Source of the DNA: Ostrea edulis | Taxonomy: Eukaryota | Length of the DNA stretch: 64,000 bases | Direction of reading: 5' to 3' | NCBI RefSeq assembly: GCF_947568905.1 | Contig: NC_079172.1 | Span: forward strand, 64,976,001 to 65,040,000 | Shown: positions 48,175 through 62,001 of the stretch, in pieces | How positions within the stretch are numbered: the stretch's first letter is position 1 | Layout of the letters: every line of letters starts with the position of its first letter | Position numbers and translations under genes: made by a program | The notes under the pieces: model-generated | The model's database searches: none | What the model was told of the DNA's origin: nothing | What the model saw: the letters and a program-made list of their open reading frames with translations, nothing else

Positions 48175-49495
48175 CGAGGACTGTTCGATATGTAATGTGT
48201 TTTGTCCCACAGCGCGATATAACGCTTTGCACGATTTCCTGGATGATGATACTCTTGAATGGCTCTATTCAATACCTTTCCAAATGTATAAACACGAGCC
48301 TTCAGCTCCATATAGTTTTAAATTTATAGTCATTTCAATAGAGCCAGTCGTTGACCACTGTTGTAAAAATGGTTGGAAAACGGGTTGAGAATATTGAAGA
48401 AATTCGAGCTTATATAAAAGTTCGCACAAAACTCGGTCACTCGGTAGTGCAGAGTTTTACTGAATACTGGGGGAAATTTATGGGTCTGATAAGGAATCTT
48501 ATGAGACAGTTTGTAAAAACATTCTGACTGGCACATATTCCGTCAAAGATGCAGCAAAATCTGGCCGACCTGTGACTGTAACAGGCAGGGCAAATGTCTC
48601 AAAAGTCAGGGAAATAATTGAAAGTGATGGCAGATACACGATTCGTGATATTGCCAAAACTGTTGGCATATCGCTATCGTGGGTGCATTTCATTTTGAAG
48701 CGTATTTTGAAAGTACGAAAGATTTCTGCCAGATGGATACAACATATATTGACAGATGACCAGAAACGGGTACGAGTACAAACCGCTAAGCAATTGCTCA
48801 AAATGTTTTCCAAATTCAGTCAAAGACAATTTGCAAACATTGTTACTGGTGACAAAACATGGATTCACTATTTCGAACCAGTAAGAAAAATTGGAAACAA
48901 AATATGGCTTACTAAACACGGTAGAAGACCTGTTGTTGCCAAAGAACCATAAGCACAAAGAAGGTTCTTTATTGCATATTCTTCTCATGTGATGGTAAAG
49001 CTGTACAGATTCCGGTATCGAAGGGCAAAAGTGTTACAGGTCGGTATTACTGAGATGTTATACTAAAAAAAGCTGAAGAAATAGTATCATAAACAACGCC
49101 CTGTGTCAGGATTTAGTCATGCTTGTCTACTTCATGATAATGCTCCATCACATACATCTGAGCTTGTGAAGCAATTTTTGAAGTCGGAGAAGGTTACCGT
49201 CTTGCTACACCCACCATACTCTCCATATGTAGCCCCATGCGACTTTTTCCTTTTTCCAAAACTTAAAAAGTTCTTAACTGGTCGTCGTTACAAGTCCCGA
49301 CAAGCCCTTGGCTCAGCCATCAGTCAGTGCCTCAGAGGTCTACCTGAATCAGCGTACCGTGAGGCATCTCAGAAATAGATTCCGAGATTGAAATTATGTA
49401 TTTCAAACCGTGGAGAATGTAATGTTCATTTCACCATTTGAGTCGAATGCTTTTGAGATATAGTACAATACACATTACATATCGAACAACCCTCG
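48175..49495 (+). mobile_element. Full-length inactive mariner (DD34D)
   Basis: TA flanks, TIRs and frameshifted transposase ORFs 48572-48952 and 49103-49378. Confidence 0.92.
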
Positions 49496-50694
49496 TAAAA
49501 CTGAAAACAACAATAAATGAGCACGTGTGTGTTCTTTTTAAATCTCAGGGTGAAAAAGTAAAATAGCAGATTTAAAAGTTTCCAATATTGGATATTATGC
49601 TTAATTTTGTGGACATATTATTACAGAACTGAATCGTAAATTACAAAAATATTCAAAATATTGTGTCTTTGTCCTCTGGATATAAAATGAATTACTCTGA
49701 ATTAATGTTTTTTTGATTTGAACATATTTTATTGTATAGATATACATATGGATTAGTTACAAGTTCTAGCAACTTATTAAACCTCTCCCGTGGTAGATTT
49801 GCTGCTAATTTCGTAATCATTTTGAAAAACATCTAAATAATTGGGAGTTAAACCATGTAAACCTTTGAAGACAAGAATGATAGTTCTACATACAAAATAG
49901 CCGGATGGAGGCAGCCCCTTAAGTTGCTGTATCATTTCTTTCGTGTAGGTGTAGAAAAATTTCTATTCATAATCCATCTAGCAGCTTGTTATTTGTAACG
50001 ACCGTTCTTGTTTTTAACATTGCCTCAAACATTACGACAGTAGTAAAATGAAGAAAGACGATTGTGTTAAAAATTTTCAATAATAATCATTTGGCATGAA
50101 TAAACGTAATCCAGACGGCACACCTACGTGTATTTTGCTTGAAAAACATTCTTTTGGGGGGTGTTTGTTCTTATATTGTTGTTGTTGTTTTGTTTCTTGA
50201 TTTGTTTTTAAAAACAATTTTTATACTCCTCCTGTTTATCATCGGCTTGGATATTAGCGTTGGGGGGGGGGGGGGGGCTTTTACATGGGAGGACACCGGA
50301 GTACCCGGGGCGAAAATCCACGTGGGCTGCTACGATACCCACTCTGGTCAAGGGCTTCAAAATGTGAGCAAGATATCGTAGATTTAGCTTCTTTCACGCC
50401 AATACTCGAGGTCCATGGTAGGGGGTTTGAATTTTAAGATCGAAAAAATAACAAGGTGTTATTATTAGTATACAGACGTCATAACTTATTCACAGGAACA
50501 TCGTCCAGTGGTGTGGTGATACATTATCGTTGGATCAAAGGGTCACATTAAATCCGGGACCAATGTTACCTTAAAATGTTTAATCTACTGAGAAAAATCT
50601 ACCGTGTTTTAATGAAAACCCCATTTTCTTGTTCTCTAGAATGCAAGTTCTATAGAGAAAATATATTACAACATTTTGTGTCCTCTAGGAGATC

Positions 50695-51033
50695 GATTGA
50701 ATGTTTTCCGTCTCGTTGAGAATTTTTCACTAATATTGAGACGTCACCAGCTGTATGTGAAGTACCACAAATTTAGATCTATGCTTAGCGCTCAGAGCCT
50801 TAGCAGTAATGTTTCTTTTTCGTGCCAACGCATGCCGTGATACGAGACCTCGGTTTTTGAGGACATATACGAAAGAACCGTGATTATCACTTATAAATGA
50901 CGAGCGTTTAGGAAAGGAGCAATCACAACCCGTTTTAACATCGTTCGTTTGACCCGGCCATGCCATGAGCGGGGCTCGAACTCACGACCTCCCTGTTGCG
51001 AAGCGAACACTTTACCACTGAACTACCGCGACC
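50695..51033 (-). mobile_element. tRNA-derived SINE
   Basis: Near-identical to 40792-41129. Confidence 0.75.
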
Positions 51034-51061
51034 AGTGCCTGTAGGGGAAATATTGAAAATC

Positions 51062-51675
51062 TCAAAAGTGTCATATCCTACACTGCAGACAATGTTTCAA
51101 GATCATAGATAATATACTAAAAGATTGTCAATATTTCCCCAACTTGACATATATAACATTAAAGATTGTCAATCTTTCCCCTACATGAAATAGATAACAT
51201 TAAAGATTCTCAATTTTTCCCCTACATGACATAGATAACATACTTAAAGATTGTCAATGTTTCCCCTACATGACATATATAGCATTAAAGATTGTCAATA
51301 TTTCCCCTACACGACATAGATAACATTAAAGAATGTCAATATTTCCCTTACATGACATAGATAACATTAGAGATTGTCAATGTTTCCCCTACATGACATA
51401 GATAGCATACTAAACGATTCTCAATGTTTCCCCTACATGACATAGATAATATTAAAGAATATCAGTATTTCCCCTACATGACATAGATAACATTACAGAT
51501 TGTCAATTTTCCCCTACATGACATAGATAACATTCTTGAAGATTGTCAATATTTCCCCTACATGACATAGATAACATACTTGAAGATAGTCCTGTGGAGG
51601 AAATATTGAGAATCTTTAAGTATGTTATCTATACTCTAGCAACATTGTCTACAGTGCAGGATATGACACTTTTGA
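51062..51675. repeat. 41-bp minisatellite with inverted arms
   Basis: Shortest homolog of 13827-14728. Confidence 0.85.
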
Positions 51676-53191
51676 AACTCTATTCATTTTAAGGAGGTAT
51701 GCTACACCACAGAAATTTGTTATTGATTTAAAGTGAATGATATGTACAACAATAATTTGGAATTGAACACTTTCAAATTTACTTTTATTTAGTAATAAAA
51801 TGCAGTTTTAATAGAAAGCAATCTGAACTTTTTTTCTTCAAAAAACGCCTGCTGGACCCGAATTCGCGATCTGCAGTTCAGCTACTGAGTTACTCAGCTA
51901 GAAAATGATATTTTATTGATTGATTGATTGTACATGCATATGGAGACGTCACCATTATCCGCGAAGGGCTGCAAAATTTAGGCATTTGAAATGAATAGAC
52001 AAGTATTGCTGATAGTTAAGCAATGAATTATTATTTTTTGAAAGATGTAATCTCATAACTGCAACAGTGTGTGCATACAAATTAAATAACGCGCATTGAG
52101 AAACTTTTTTTGCATACACCGTTGCAGTTATGAGACTATCGTCTTAAAAAAAAATGCCTCTATCATAAGATCAACTTCTCTACCATCGAATGAGGTGCAC
52201 TTGTGTTGTTTGAGACGGGAATGGATAACAAAGCTTTGCTTTCATTCTGCACACGTGCACCGAGCACAGGAACTAGTGATTTTGTCTGTAATAATAATAG
52301 TAGGGGTCTATATCATACCACCCCCTAATGAAAGGTAAAGATAACGAAAAGTGATCAATCTCATAACTCATAGAAACAATACAAAATAGAGAGTTGGGCA
52401 AACAAGGTTCCCTGAATATACCAGAGGTTGGATCATGTAGGGTTATAATAATCTTTTTAGAAGGTGGTATGGTACAGACCCCTACTATTATTAATTACAA
52501 AATTACTGGTTCCTGTCGGCTAATTGCAGACAACATGATAGACAGTGTTCATATGCCTTACAGATTTACAGTTATTCGATCCTTGCATTTATCAACAAAT
52601 ATCCTTCAAAATTCTCTTATGCATTTTATCACAGGATTAAAGAATAAATGTAAATATTTATATTTTCATTCATGTTTTGAAAGGAAGTCAGCGATTAGGA
52701 CGATGTAGAGTACCTCCTTAACTGCAATCTACACCAATCGCTTTCTGATTTAAATCACGGGTCACATACCTGGGATGATATGATATCTTTTATAGTCGAG
52801 GACGGCAGCCATTGTGATAGTTTAGGTAGGACTATTGATTACGGTAGGGTATCGGCCCTATATACTATATAAGGAAATACAACAGGAGGGAATGATGATG
52901 CGTGCTTGTTACGATCTCTGACATAATCCATTGTGTAGAAAACATAACTTCTGAAATTTAGTTAATTTCAAATGCAATTTACAGCAATTGCGTCAAGATT
53001 TAAAACACGGGTTACCTGCCTTGGATCATAGGATATCTTTTCTTGATGTGAACGGCCGCCATTGTGAGAGATTAGGTGAGGACTCTAGATTATCATACTT
53101 ATAGAGTGTATAGCAAATACAGCACACGGAAATAATGATGCGTGTTTGTTTCGATCTCTGACGTAATTCATTTCAGACATCTAAAGTAAAG

Positions 53192-54814
53192 ATGGACCCT
53201 CACAACCGAGCCCAAGACGTCCTACGCTGTGAATTATGTGAAGAGAATGTGGTACAGATGCACTGTGATACGTGTCTTGTCAAGCTGTGTAAGACCTGTG
53301 TAGGAGACCACATCTCATCGGAGGAATGCGAGGATCCCAAAGTCGTTAGATTCCAGTCCAGGAAATCCGCCCCTGTGTATCCAACGTGTACATTACATGA
53401 TAACAAGCGGTGTGAAATGCACTGCCAGCAGTGCACTGTACCAATCTGTTTCATTTGCGCAACATCTGAAAAACACGCCGGTCATCGATTTAAAAACATT
53501 GTAGACATTTTTGATGATAAGAAGAGAGCGTTTGAAAAAAAGATAACAGATCTCCAAGAAAATATTCGAGTGAAACACGCGGATCAAGCTTCGAAAATGG
53601 AGAAGCGAATTGCGGATCTAGAAAAGGAATGCACGGCACTTCTAGACACTGTGTCTAAACACGGAGAAGAACTGAAAAGAGAAATTGATCAAATTGTTAA
53701 GGAGGTGCAGTCCGAAATTGAGAGTATTAGGAAAAATCACGTGGAACTGTTGACGACAACAAGAACAGAAGTCCAGCAGAATTTGACCGAGATCGACAGG
53801 GAAGTGTCCTCATTAAAAGAAACACTAGACTCTAACGACATTAACAAAGTCTTCCACTTCACACCAAACAACAAGATTTACAAAAGTCTATCAGACGATC
53901 CCGTGCTGACGATGCCGGTTTTCTCTACAAAGAGGATCGACTCTGTACAACTCCGTGAAATGTTTGGAACACTGTCCACCGCTATAGCAAAAGTCAGACT
54001 GATGGAAACACCGCTAATGGTCCATAGAATAGCGACTGGTTATTCTCAACTTTATGGTGTTGCATTTCTAGACAGGATTGGGATATGGGCAACGGGAAAT
54101 GGCGATCAAATAAAACTATTGGATGTGAATGACAAGTCCACTAAGAAGTCAATCGACACCAAACTGTCAGTCGAAAAACTTGTATCAGTGACAAATCAAG
54201 GCCATCTTCTTTACGCGGGAAAGGGTGGCAAGGCGATTCACATTGTTAAACGTGAACAGAATGAAGAATTGATCAGTCTACATGGCTGGGGAGTTCGCGG
54301 TTTCTGCATCACTTCTGCTGGCGATCTTCTGATCGTCATGACAAGTGTTAATGATTACGGAAGAGAAACTAGAGTTGTCCGATATCATGGACGTGAAGAG
54401 AAGGAAATTATCCAATTTGAAAGTAAAGGGAAACCTCTCTATTCAGTTGGTCCAAACCAAAAGTGCATTTGCGAGAACAGGAACTTTGATATCTGTGTGG
54501 CAGACAGAGATGCGTGCGCAGTGGTGGTTGTCAGTCAAGATACGAAATTCAGATTCAGGTATAAAGGAAATCCGTCAAGTTTGCGCAAAACTGAATTCAG
54601 ACCGAAAGGGATAACCACCGACATCCTGAGTAATATTCTTGTTTCAGATTTAGGTAATGCTTGTGTCCACGTTGTTGATCAAAACGGAAAGTTTCTTACA
54701 GTTATAAACTGTCCACGTGTGGATCCCCGGGGACTGTGCGTCGGTTTGGATAACTACCTGTATGTCGCAGATTATGCATCCGGTGATGTTATTAAGATTC
54801 GGTTTCTTCAATAA
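53192..54814 (+). CDS. TRIM-like protein copy F, 540 aa
   Basis: Intact ORF with the same architecture. Confidence 0.92.
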   Translation: MDPHNRAQDVLRCELCEENVVQMHCDTCLVKLCKTCVGDHISSEECEDPKVVRFQSRKSAPVYPTCTLHDNKRCEMHCQQCTVPICFICATSEKHAGHRFKNIVDIFDDKKRAFEKKITDLQENIRVKHADQASKMEKRIADLEKECTALLDTVSKHGEELKREIDQIVKEVQSEIESIRKNHVELLTTTRTEVQQNLTEIDREVSSLKETLDSNDINKVFHFTPNNKIYKSLSDDPVLTMPVFSTKRIDSVQLREMFGTLSTAIAKVRLMETPLMVHRIATGYSQLYGVAFLDRIGIWATGNGDQIKLLDVNDKSTKKSIDTKLSVEKLVSVTNQGHLLYAGKGGKAIHIVKREQNEELISLHGWGVRGFCITSAGDLLIVMTSVNDYGRETRVVRYHGREEKEIIQFESKGKPLYSVGPNQKCICENRNFDICVADRDACAVVVVSQDTKFRFRYKGNPSSLRKTEFRPKGITTDILSNILVSDLGNACVHVVDQNGKFLTVINCPRVDPRGLCVGLDNYLYVADYASGDVIKIRFLQ

Positions 54815-55509
54815 GGATTTCATAGACCTGGGATACAATACTTGACACAATGAAATGGGAGAGATCAAAATAAAAAGATAGGAATGAAAAATAAAAACAT
54901 GCCGTGCATAGAAATACACAAACACTTTCTACAGTTATATGATGAATTCTAAATGCCTGTTGTACGTGATTAGAAAATCCGTAATATGACGTAATAAATG
55001 TTTGACTTCTCCTGGATGATTGAAATGTCGATGATAAATTGTATATTTTCAAATTATTTTCTTGAATGAAGAGAGAATTCGAATTGTTACTATTTTGTGT
55101 CTTAAAATCGAACAGGCCAATTGAGAATTCTTTCTAGCCGAAAAATGTCCTTGCGGAGACATGTTTATCGAAAAGTGGATCGAATGTACTTTTGGCGTAT
55201 TTCTGACGTTGTACATAAGTAATCGAATCGTAAGGAGTTTTTTCTGCGAGAACGCATTGACAGAATTTTAAATCATGACATTTCTATATATAGCATTGTC
55301 TGTGTATTTGTGGGGCCAAACAAGTAGTGATCACCGACATGAAAAGGTGAAGATAACGAATAGTGATCAATCTTGTAACTTCTATAAAAATACAAAATTA
55401 AGAGTTGGGGAAGCAAGTACATTTTTTTGCGGATTTGCAAAACAGTTAACTATACGTTAAAGCATATTATGTTATTGACATATACATGTAATAAGGATAT
55501 AAAACATAC

Positions 55510-55771
55510 CATCCCCTGGGTTAGAATAGATTCTCAGTACCCCTTGCTTGTCGAAAGAGGCTAATATATGAGACGGTCCTTCGGATGAGACTGCTAAAAC
55601 GGAGGTCCCGTTTCACAGCAGGTGTGGCACGATAAAGACCCCCCCTTGCTCAAAGGCCGAAGTGCCGAGCATAGGCCTAAATTTTGCAGCTCTTCACCGT
55701 AAATTGTGATGTCTCCATAAGAGTGAAAAATTCTCGAGAGGGACGTTGAACAATATAAAATCAATCTATCA
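55510..55771 (+). mobile_element. 5'-truncated SINE unique to this spacer
   Basis: Inserted at AAAACATACC|TCTAGAATCC, which is contiguous in the other spacers; 3' half resembles the other SINEs; ends in a (T)CAA-type repeat tail. Confidence 0.7.
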
Positions 55772-56370
55772 AAAATAACTCTAGAATCCAAAAACTAAGT
55801 GTGAAGATTGAAAGAAATATTCTTTTAAAGGGACTGATCCACGATTTCCATGCCAATTTTGTTTAAAAGTATTCACAAAAACAAGGTTGTATAAATACAT
55901 TATCACAGAGGCTCATTTTAGAGAGTTTATTACTTTAATTTCACTTATTTTGTAAACAAAAGATTGCGATATTTGGGAAACCTACGTGGGCGACCACCAT
56001 ACCCACTCTGGCCCAGGACATCAAAATGTGAGCAAGATATCGTAGATTTAGCTTCTTTCACACCAATACTCCAGGTCCATGATATGGGGTTTGAATTTTA
56101 AGATCGAAAAATAACACTGTTATTATTAGTATACATGTACAGACGTCAAAACTTCTTTACAGAAACAAGTGCCTGTGGTCTCGTCTAGTGGTGTGGTGAT
56201 ACATTATTGTTGGATCAAAGGGTCACAGCAAATCTGGGACCAAGGTTATCTTAAAATGTTCAGTCTACAGAGAAAAATCTACCGTGTTTTAATGAAAACC
56301 CCATTTTCTTGTTCTCTAGAATGCAAGTTCTATAGAGAAAATATATTACAACATTTTGTGTCCTCTAAGG

Positions 56371-56711
56371 GATTGATTGTTTTACGTCCCGTTGAAAATA
56401 TTTCACTAATATTGAGACGTCACCAGCTGTATGTGAAGTACTACAAATTTAGACCTATGCTTAGCGCTCATTGCTGTAGCAGTGAAGGTTCTGTATCGTG
56501 CCAACACCTGCCGTGATACGGGGCCTCAGGTTTTTAGGTCATATCCGAAAGACCCGTGATTCTCATTTATAAATGTCAAGCGTTTGACGAAGGAGTAATA
56601 ACTACTTGTCTTAACGTCTTATGTTTGACATAGCATGAGGGGGGGGGGGGGGCTCTAACTCACGACATCCCGGGTGCAAAGCGAACACTTTAACAATGAG
56701 CTACCGCGACC
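56371..56711 (-). mobile_element. tRNA-derived SINE
   Basis: Closest to 28974-29302. Confidence 0.7.
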
Positions 56712-56734
56712 AGTGCCTGTAGGGGAAATATTGA

Positions 56735-58865
56735 CAAAAGTGTCATATCCTACACTGCACACAATGTTTCAAGATCATAGATAACATACTTGAAGATTGT
56801 CTATGTTTCCCCTAGATGACAAAGATAACATTAAAGATTGTCAATCTTTCCCTTACATAACATAGATAACATTAAAGATTGTCAATATTTCCCCTACATG
56901 ACATAGATAACATTAAAGATTGTCAATATTTCCCCTACATGACATAGATAACATACTTAAATATTGTCAATGTTTCCCCTACATGACATAGATAACATTA
57001 AAGATTTTCAATGTTTCCCCTACATGACATAGATAACATTAAAGATTGTCAATGTTTCCCCTACATGACATAGATAACATTAAAGATTGTCAATGTTTCC
57101 CCTACATGACATAAATAACATTAAAGATTGTCAATATTTCCCCTACATGACATAGATAACATTAAAGATTTTCAATGTTTCCCCTACATGACATAGATAA
57201 CATTAAAGATTGTCAATGTTTCCCCTACATGACATAGATAACATTAAAGATTGTCAATATTTCCCCTACATGACATAAATAACATTAAAGATTTTCAATA
57301 TTTCCCCTACATGACATAGATAACATTAAAAATTGTCAATGTTTCCCCTACATGGCATAGATAACATTAAAGATTGTCAATGTTTCCCCTACATGACAGA
57401 GATAACATTAAAGATTTTCAATGTTTCCCCTACATGACATAGATAACATTAAAGATTGTCAATGTTTCCCCTACATGACATAGATAACATTAAAGATTGT
57501 CAATGTTTCCCCTACATGACATAAATAACATTAAAGATTGTCAATATTTCCCCTACATGACATAGATAACATTAAAGATTTTCAATGTTTCCCCTACATG
57601 ACATAGATAACATTAAAGATTTTCAATGTTTCCCCTACATGACATAGATAACATTAAAGATTGTCAATGTTTCCCCTACATGACATAGATAACATTAAAG
57701 ATTGTCAATATTTCCCCTACATGACATAGATAACAAACTTAAAGATTGTCAATGTTTCCCCGTGGTCTTTGGTGATCAGGTTTTCCAACAGTCTGTTGGA
57801 ATTCCCATGGGCACGAATTGTGCTCCTTTGTTAGCTGACCTGTTTCTATATTCATATGAAGCAGAATTTATTCAAAAACTTCTACGCTAGAAGACAAAAT
57901 CTCTCGCTGTGGCCTTCAATTCGACATTTAGATATATCGATGACTTTTTGTCTATTACCAATAATAACTTCATTGATATGTCGATTTGATATATCCCTGT
58001 GAGCTCGAAATAAAGGACACCGCAGAGTCGTCCACTTCTGCTTCATACTTAGATATTTTATTGAAAGTAGACATTAACGGCAAACTGACAACTCAACTGT
58101 ATGACAAACGGGATGATTTCAGCTTCTTCACCGTCAATTTCCCATATTTATGTAGCAATATTCCATTGTCACCTGGATATGGTATTTATATATCTCAACT
58201 GATTCGATATGCAAGAGCTTGTTCTGCGTATAGTCAGTTTTTAAATCGAGGTAAGCTACTGAAAAACAAGTTGATGGTACAGGGGTTTCAACAGTCTCAA
58301 TTGAAGTCAGCATTTCGCAAGTTCTATGGTCGTTATAACGATCTAGTTCGTCAGTACAACCTCACATTGAGTCAAATGCTGTCTGACGTGTTTCATACCG
58401 ATTGTTAAGCCGTTCTTGGCACACTGATTTTGACTGCAGATAACTCCGTTTACCTGATCAGGATATAGGGCTGACTGCGGGTGTGACCGGTCAACAGGGG
58501 ATGCTTACTCCTCTTAGGCACCTGATCCCAACTCTGGTGTGTCCAGGGGTCCGTGTTTGCCCAACTATCTATTTTGTATTGTTTATAGGAGTTATGAGAT
58601 TGATCACTTTTCGTTATCTTCACCTTGCATGACATAGATAACATTAAAGATTGTCAATATTTTCCCTACATGACATAGATAACATTAAAGATTGTCCATG
58701 TTTCCCCTACATGACATAGATAACATTAAAGGTTGTCAATGTTTCCCCTACATGATATAGATAACATCCTTGAAGATAGTCCTGTGGAGGAAAGATTGAG
58801 AATCTTTAAGTATGTTATCTATACTCTATCAACATTGTCTACAGTGTAGGATATGACACTTTTGA
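56735..58865. repeat. 41-bp minisatellite with inverted arms, interrupted by a retroelement
   Basis: Long homogeneous array at ~56780-57761 resuming at 58629. Confidence 0.85.
57762..58628 (+). mobile_element. 5'-truncated Penelope-like retroelement with partial reverse transcriptase
   Basis: Encodes QQSVGIPMGTNCAPLLADLFL, FRYIDD, YLDILL, YDKRDDF and SQLIRYARAC, with an internal stop and a frameshift; the ORF ends after the RT thumb; ~220-bp 3' region. Confidence 0.85.
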
Positions 58866-59211
58866 AACTCAATTCATTTTAAGGAGGAATGCTACATCAG
58901 AGGAATCTGATATGGTTTTAAAGTGAATGATATGTACAACAATAATTTGGAATTGAAAACTTTCAAATTTACTATATTTAATCAAAAATTGCAGTTTTAG
59001 TAGAAAGCAATCTGAACTTTTTCTTCTTAAAAAAACAAAAAAACGCCTGCTGGACTCGAATCCACGATCTGCAGTTCAGCTGCTGAGTTACTCAGTTAGG
59101 AAATGATATTTATTGATTCTATATGCATATTGTTTAATGACCCTCTCGAGAATGTTTAACTCATAGGAGACGCCACCATTACCGGTGAAGGGCTGCAAAA
59201 TTTAGACATTT

Positions 59212-60673
59212 GAAATGAATAGACAAGCATTGCTGATAGTTAAGAAATGAATAGACAAGCATTGCTGATAGTTAAGCAATGAATAGAAATGAATAGACAA
59301 GCATTGCTGATAGTTAAGCAATGAATAGAAATGAATAGACAAGCATTGCTGATAGTTAAGAAATGAATAGACAAGCATTGCTGATAGTTAAGCAATGAAT
59401 AGACAAGCATTGCTGATAGTTAAGCAATGAATAGAAATGAATAGACAAGCATTGCTGATAGTTAAGCAATGAATAGAAATGAATAGACAAGCATTGCTGA
59501 TAGTTAAGAAATGAATAGACAAGCATTGCTGATAGTTAAGCAATGAATAGACAAGCATTGCTGATAGTTAAGAAATGAATAGACAAGCATTGCTGATAGT
59601 TAAGAAATGAATAGACAAGCATTGCTGATAGTTAAGAAATGAATAGACAAGCATTGCTGATAGTTAAGAAATGAATAGACAAGCATTGCTGATAGTTAAG
59701 CAATGAATAGAAATGAATAGACAAGCATTGCTGATAGTTAAGCAATGAATAGAAATGAATAGACAAGCATTGCTGATAGTTAAGCAATGAATAGAAATGA
59801 ATAGACAAGCATTGCTGATAGTTAAGCAATGAATAGAAATGAATAGACAAGCATTGCTGATAGTTAAGAAATGAATAGACAAGCATTGCTGATAGTTAAG
59901 AAATGAATAGACAAGCATTGCTGATAGTTAAGAAATGAATAGACAAGTATTGCTGATAGTTAAGAAATGAATAGACAAGTATTGCTGATAGTTAAGAAAT
60001 GAATAGACAAGCATTGCTGATAGTTAAGAAATGAATAGACAAGCATTGCTGATAGTTAAGAAATGAATAGACAAGTATTGCTGATAGTTAAGAAATGAAT
60101 AGACAAGCATTACTGATAGTTAAGAAATGAATAGACAAGCATTGCTGATAGTTAAGAAATGAATAGACAAGTATTGCTGATAGTTAAGAAATGAATAGAC
60201 AAGTATTGCTGATAGTTAAGAAATGAATAGACAAGCATTGCTGATAGTTAAGCAATGAATAGACAAGCATTGCTGATAGTTAAGAAATGAATAGACAAGC
60301 ATTGCTGATAGTTAAGAAATGAATAGACAAGCATTGCTGATAGTTAAGAAATGAATAGACAAGCATTGCTGATAGTTAAGAAATGAATAGACAAGCATTG
60401 CTGATAGTTAAGTGAATAGACAAGCATTGCTGATAGTTAAGCAATGAATAGACAAGCATTGCTGATAGTTAAGAAATGAATAGACAAGCATTGCTGATAG
60501 TTAAGCAATGAATAGACAAGCATTGCTGATAGTTAAGCAATGAATAGACAAGCATTGCTGATAGTTAAGCAATGAATAGACAAGCATTGCTGATAGTTAA
60601 GAAATGAATAGACAAGCATTGCTGATAGTTAAGCAATGAATAGACAAGCATTGCTGATAGTTAAGCAATGAAT
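59212..60673. repeat. 32-bp VNTR, ~44 units, some with a 9-bp internal duplication
   Basis: Read directly; homolog of 30776-31496. Confidence 0.95.
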
Positions 60674-60681
60674 TATCATTT

Positions 60682-62001
60682 TTAGCTCTTATTATTTTGA
60701 GCTTTTCTGATCACCCGTAGTCCGGAGTCCGTCCGTCTGTAAACTTTTAACATGAGCTTTTCTGATCACCCGTAGTCCGGAGTCCGTCCGTCTGTAAACT
60801 TTTAACATGTTTGACTTCTTCTCATAAACCACTGGGCCAATTTCAACCAATGTTGGCACAAAGTATCCTTAGGTAAAGGGAATTCTAAATTGTTAAAATA
60901 AAGGGCAAGGCCTTCCAAGGAGAGATAATCAAGAAAAGGTAAAAAAAAGAGTAGGGTCATCAAAAAATCGTCTTCTCAAGAACCACTGGGCCAGAAAAGA
61001 TGAAATATATAGATAAGCTTTATTAGGTAGTGCAGATTCAAGTTTGTTAAAATCATGGCCCCGGGGGTCGGATGCCACAAGGGGGATCAAAGTTTTAGAT
61101 ACAAATATATAGGGAAAATCTTTAAAAATCTTCCTCTCAAGAACCACTAAGCCAGAAAAGCTGAGATTTATATGAAAACTTCCTGATATAATGCAAATTC
61201 AAGTTTGCTAAAATCATGGCCCCCGGGGGTAGGATGGGGCCAGAAGGGGGATCAAAGTTTTACATACAAAAATATTGGAAAAATATTTAAAAATCTTCTT
61301 CTCAAGAACCACTGATACAGAAAAGATGAGATTTATATGAAAGCTTTCTGATATAGTGCAAATTCAGGTGTGTTAAAATCATGGTCCCCGGGAGTCGGAT
61401 GGGGCCACAATAGGGGATCAAAGTTTTACATACAAATATAAAGGGACAATCTTTAAAAATCTTCTCAAGAACCATTGAGCCAGAGAAGCTGATATTTACA
61501 TGAAGGCTTCCTGATATAGTGCAGATTCAAGTCTGTTAAAAGCATGGCCTCCGGGGGTCGGATGGGGCCACAATAGGGGATCAAATTTTACAAACAAATA
61601 TATAGGGACAATCTTTAAAAATCTTCTTCCCAAGAACCACTGAGGTAGAAAAGCTGATATTTACATGAAAGCTTCCTAACATAGTGCAGAGTTAAGTTTG
61701 TTCAAATCATGGCCCCTTGGAGTAGGATGGGGCCACAATTGGGGATCAAAGTTTTACATACAAATATATAGGAAAAATCTTTAAAAATCTTCTTCTCACG
61801 AACCATTGGGCCAAAGAAGTTCATATTTACATGAAAGCTTTCTGACATTGTGTAGATTCAAGTTTGCAAAAACCATGGCCTCAAGGGGTAGGTTTGGGTC
61901 CATAATAGGGACTATGGTTTTACATGCAAATATATATGGAAAGTCCTCTGATATGAACCAAGGTGACTCAGGTGAGCGATGTGGCCAATGGGCCTCTTGT
62001 T
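60682..62001 (+). mobile_element. HINE with ~165-bp satellite units, second copy
   Basis: Near-identical to 31507-32772, plus a 55-bp tandem duplication at 60699-60808. Confidence 0.8.

Noticed and set aside
58440-58560. Hammerhead ribozyme in the Penelope-like 3' region
   Set aside because: No convincing CTGANGA...GAAA core with flanking stems could be identified by eye.
59632-59918. Repetitive-peptide ORFs in the 32-bp VNTR
   Set aside because: Translation artefacts of the tandem repeat.
56735-60673. 41-bp and 32-bp (and elsewhere 26-bp) repeat arrays as CRISPR arrays
   Set aside because: Units are contiguous with no unique spacers, no cas genes are present, and the context is eukaryotic.
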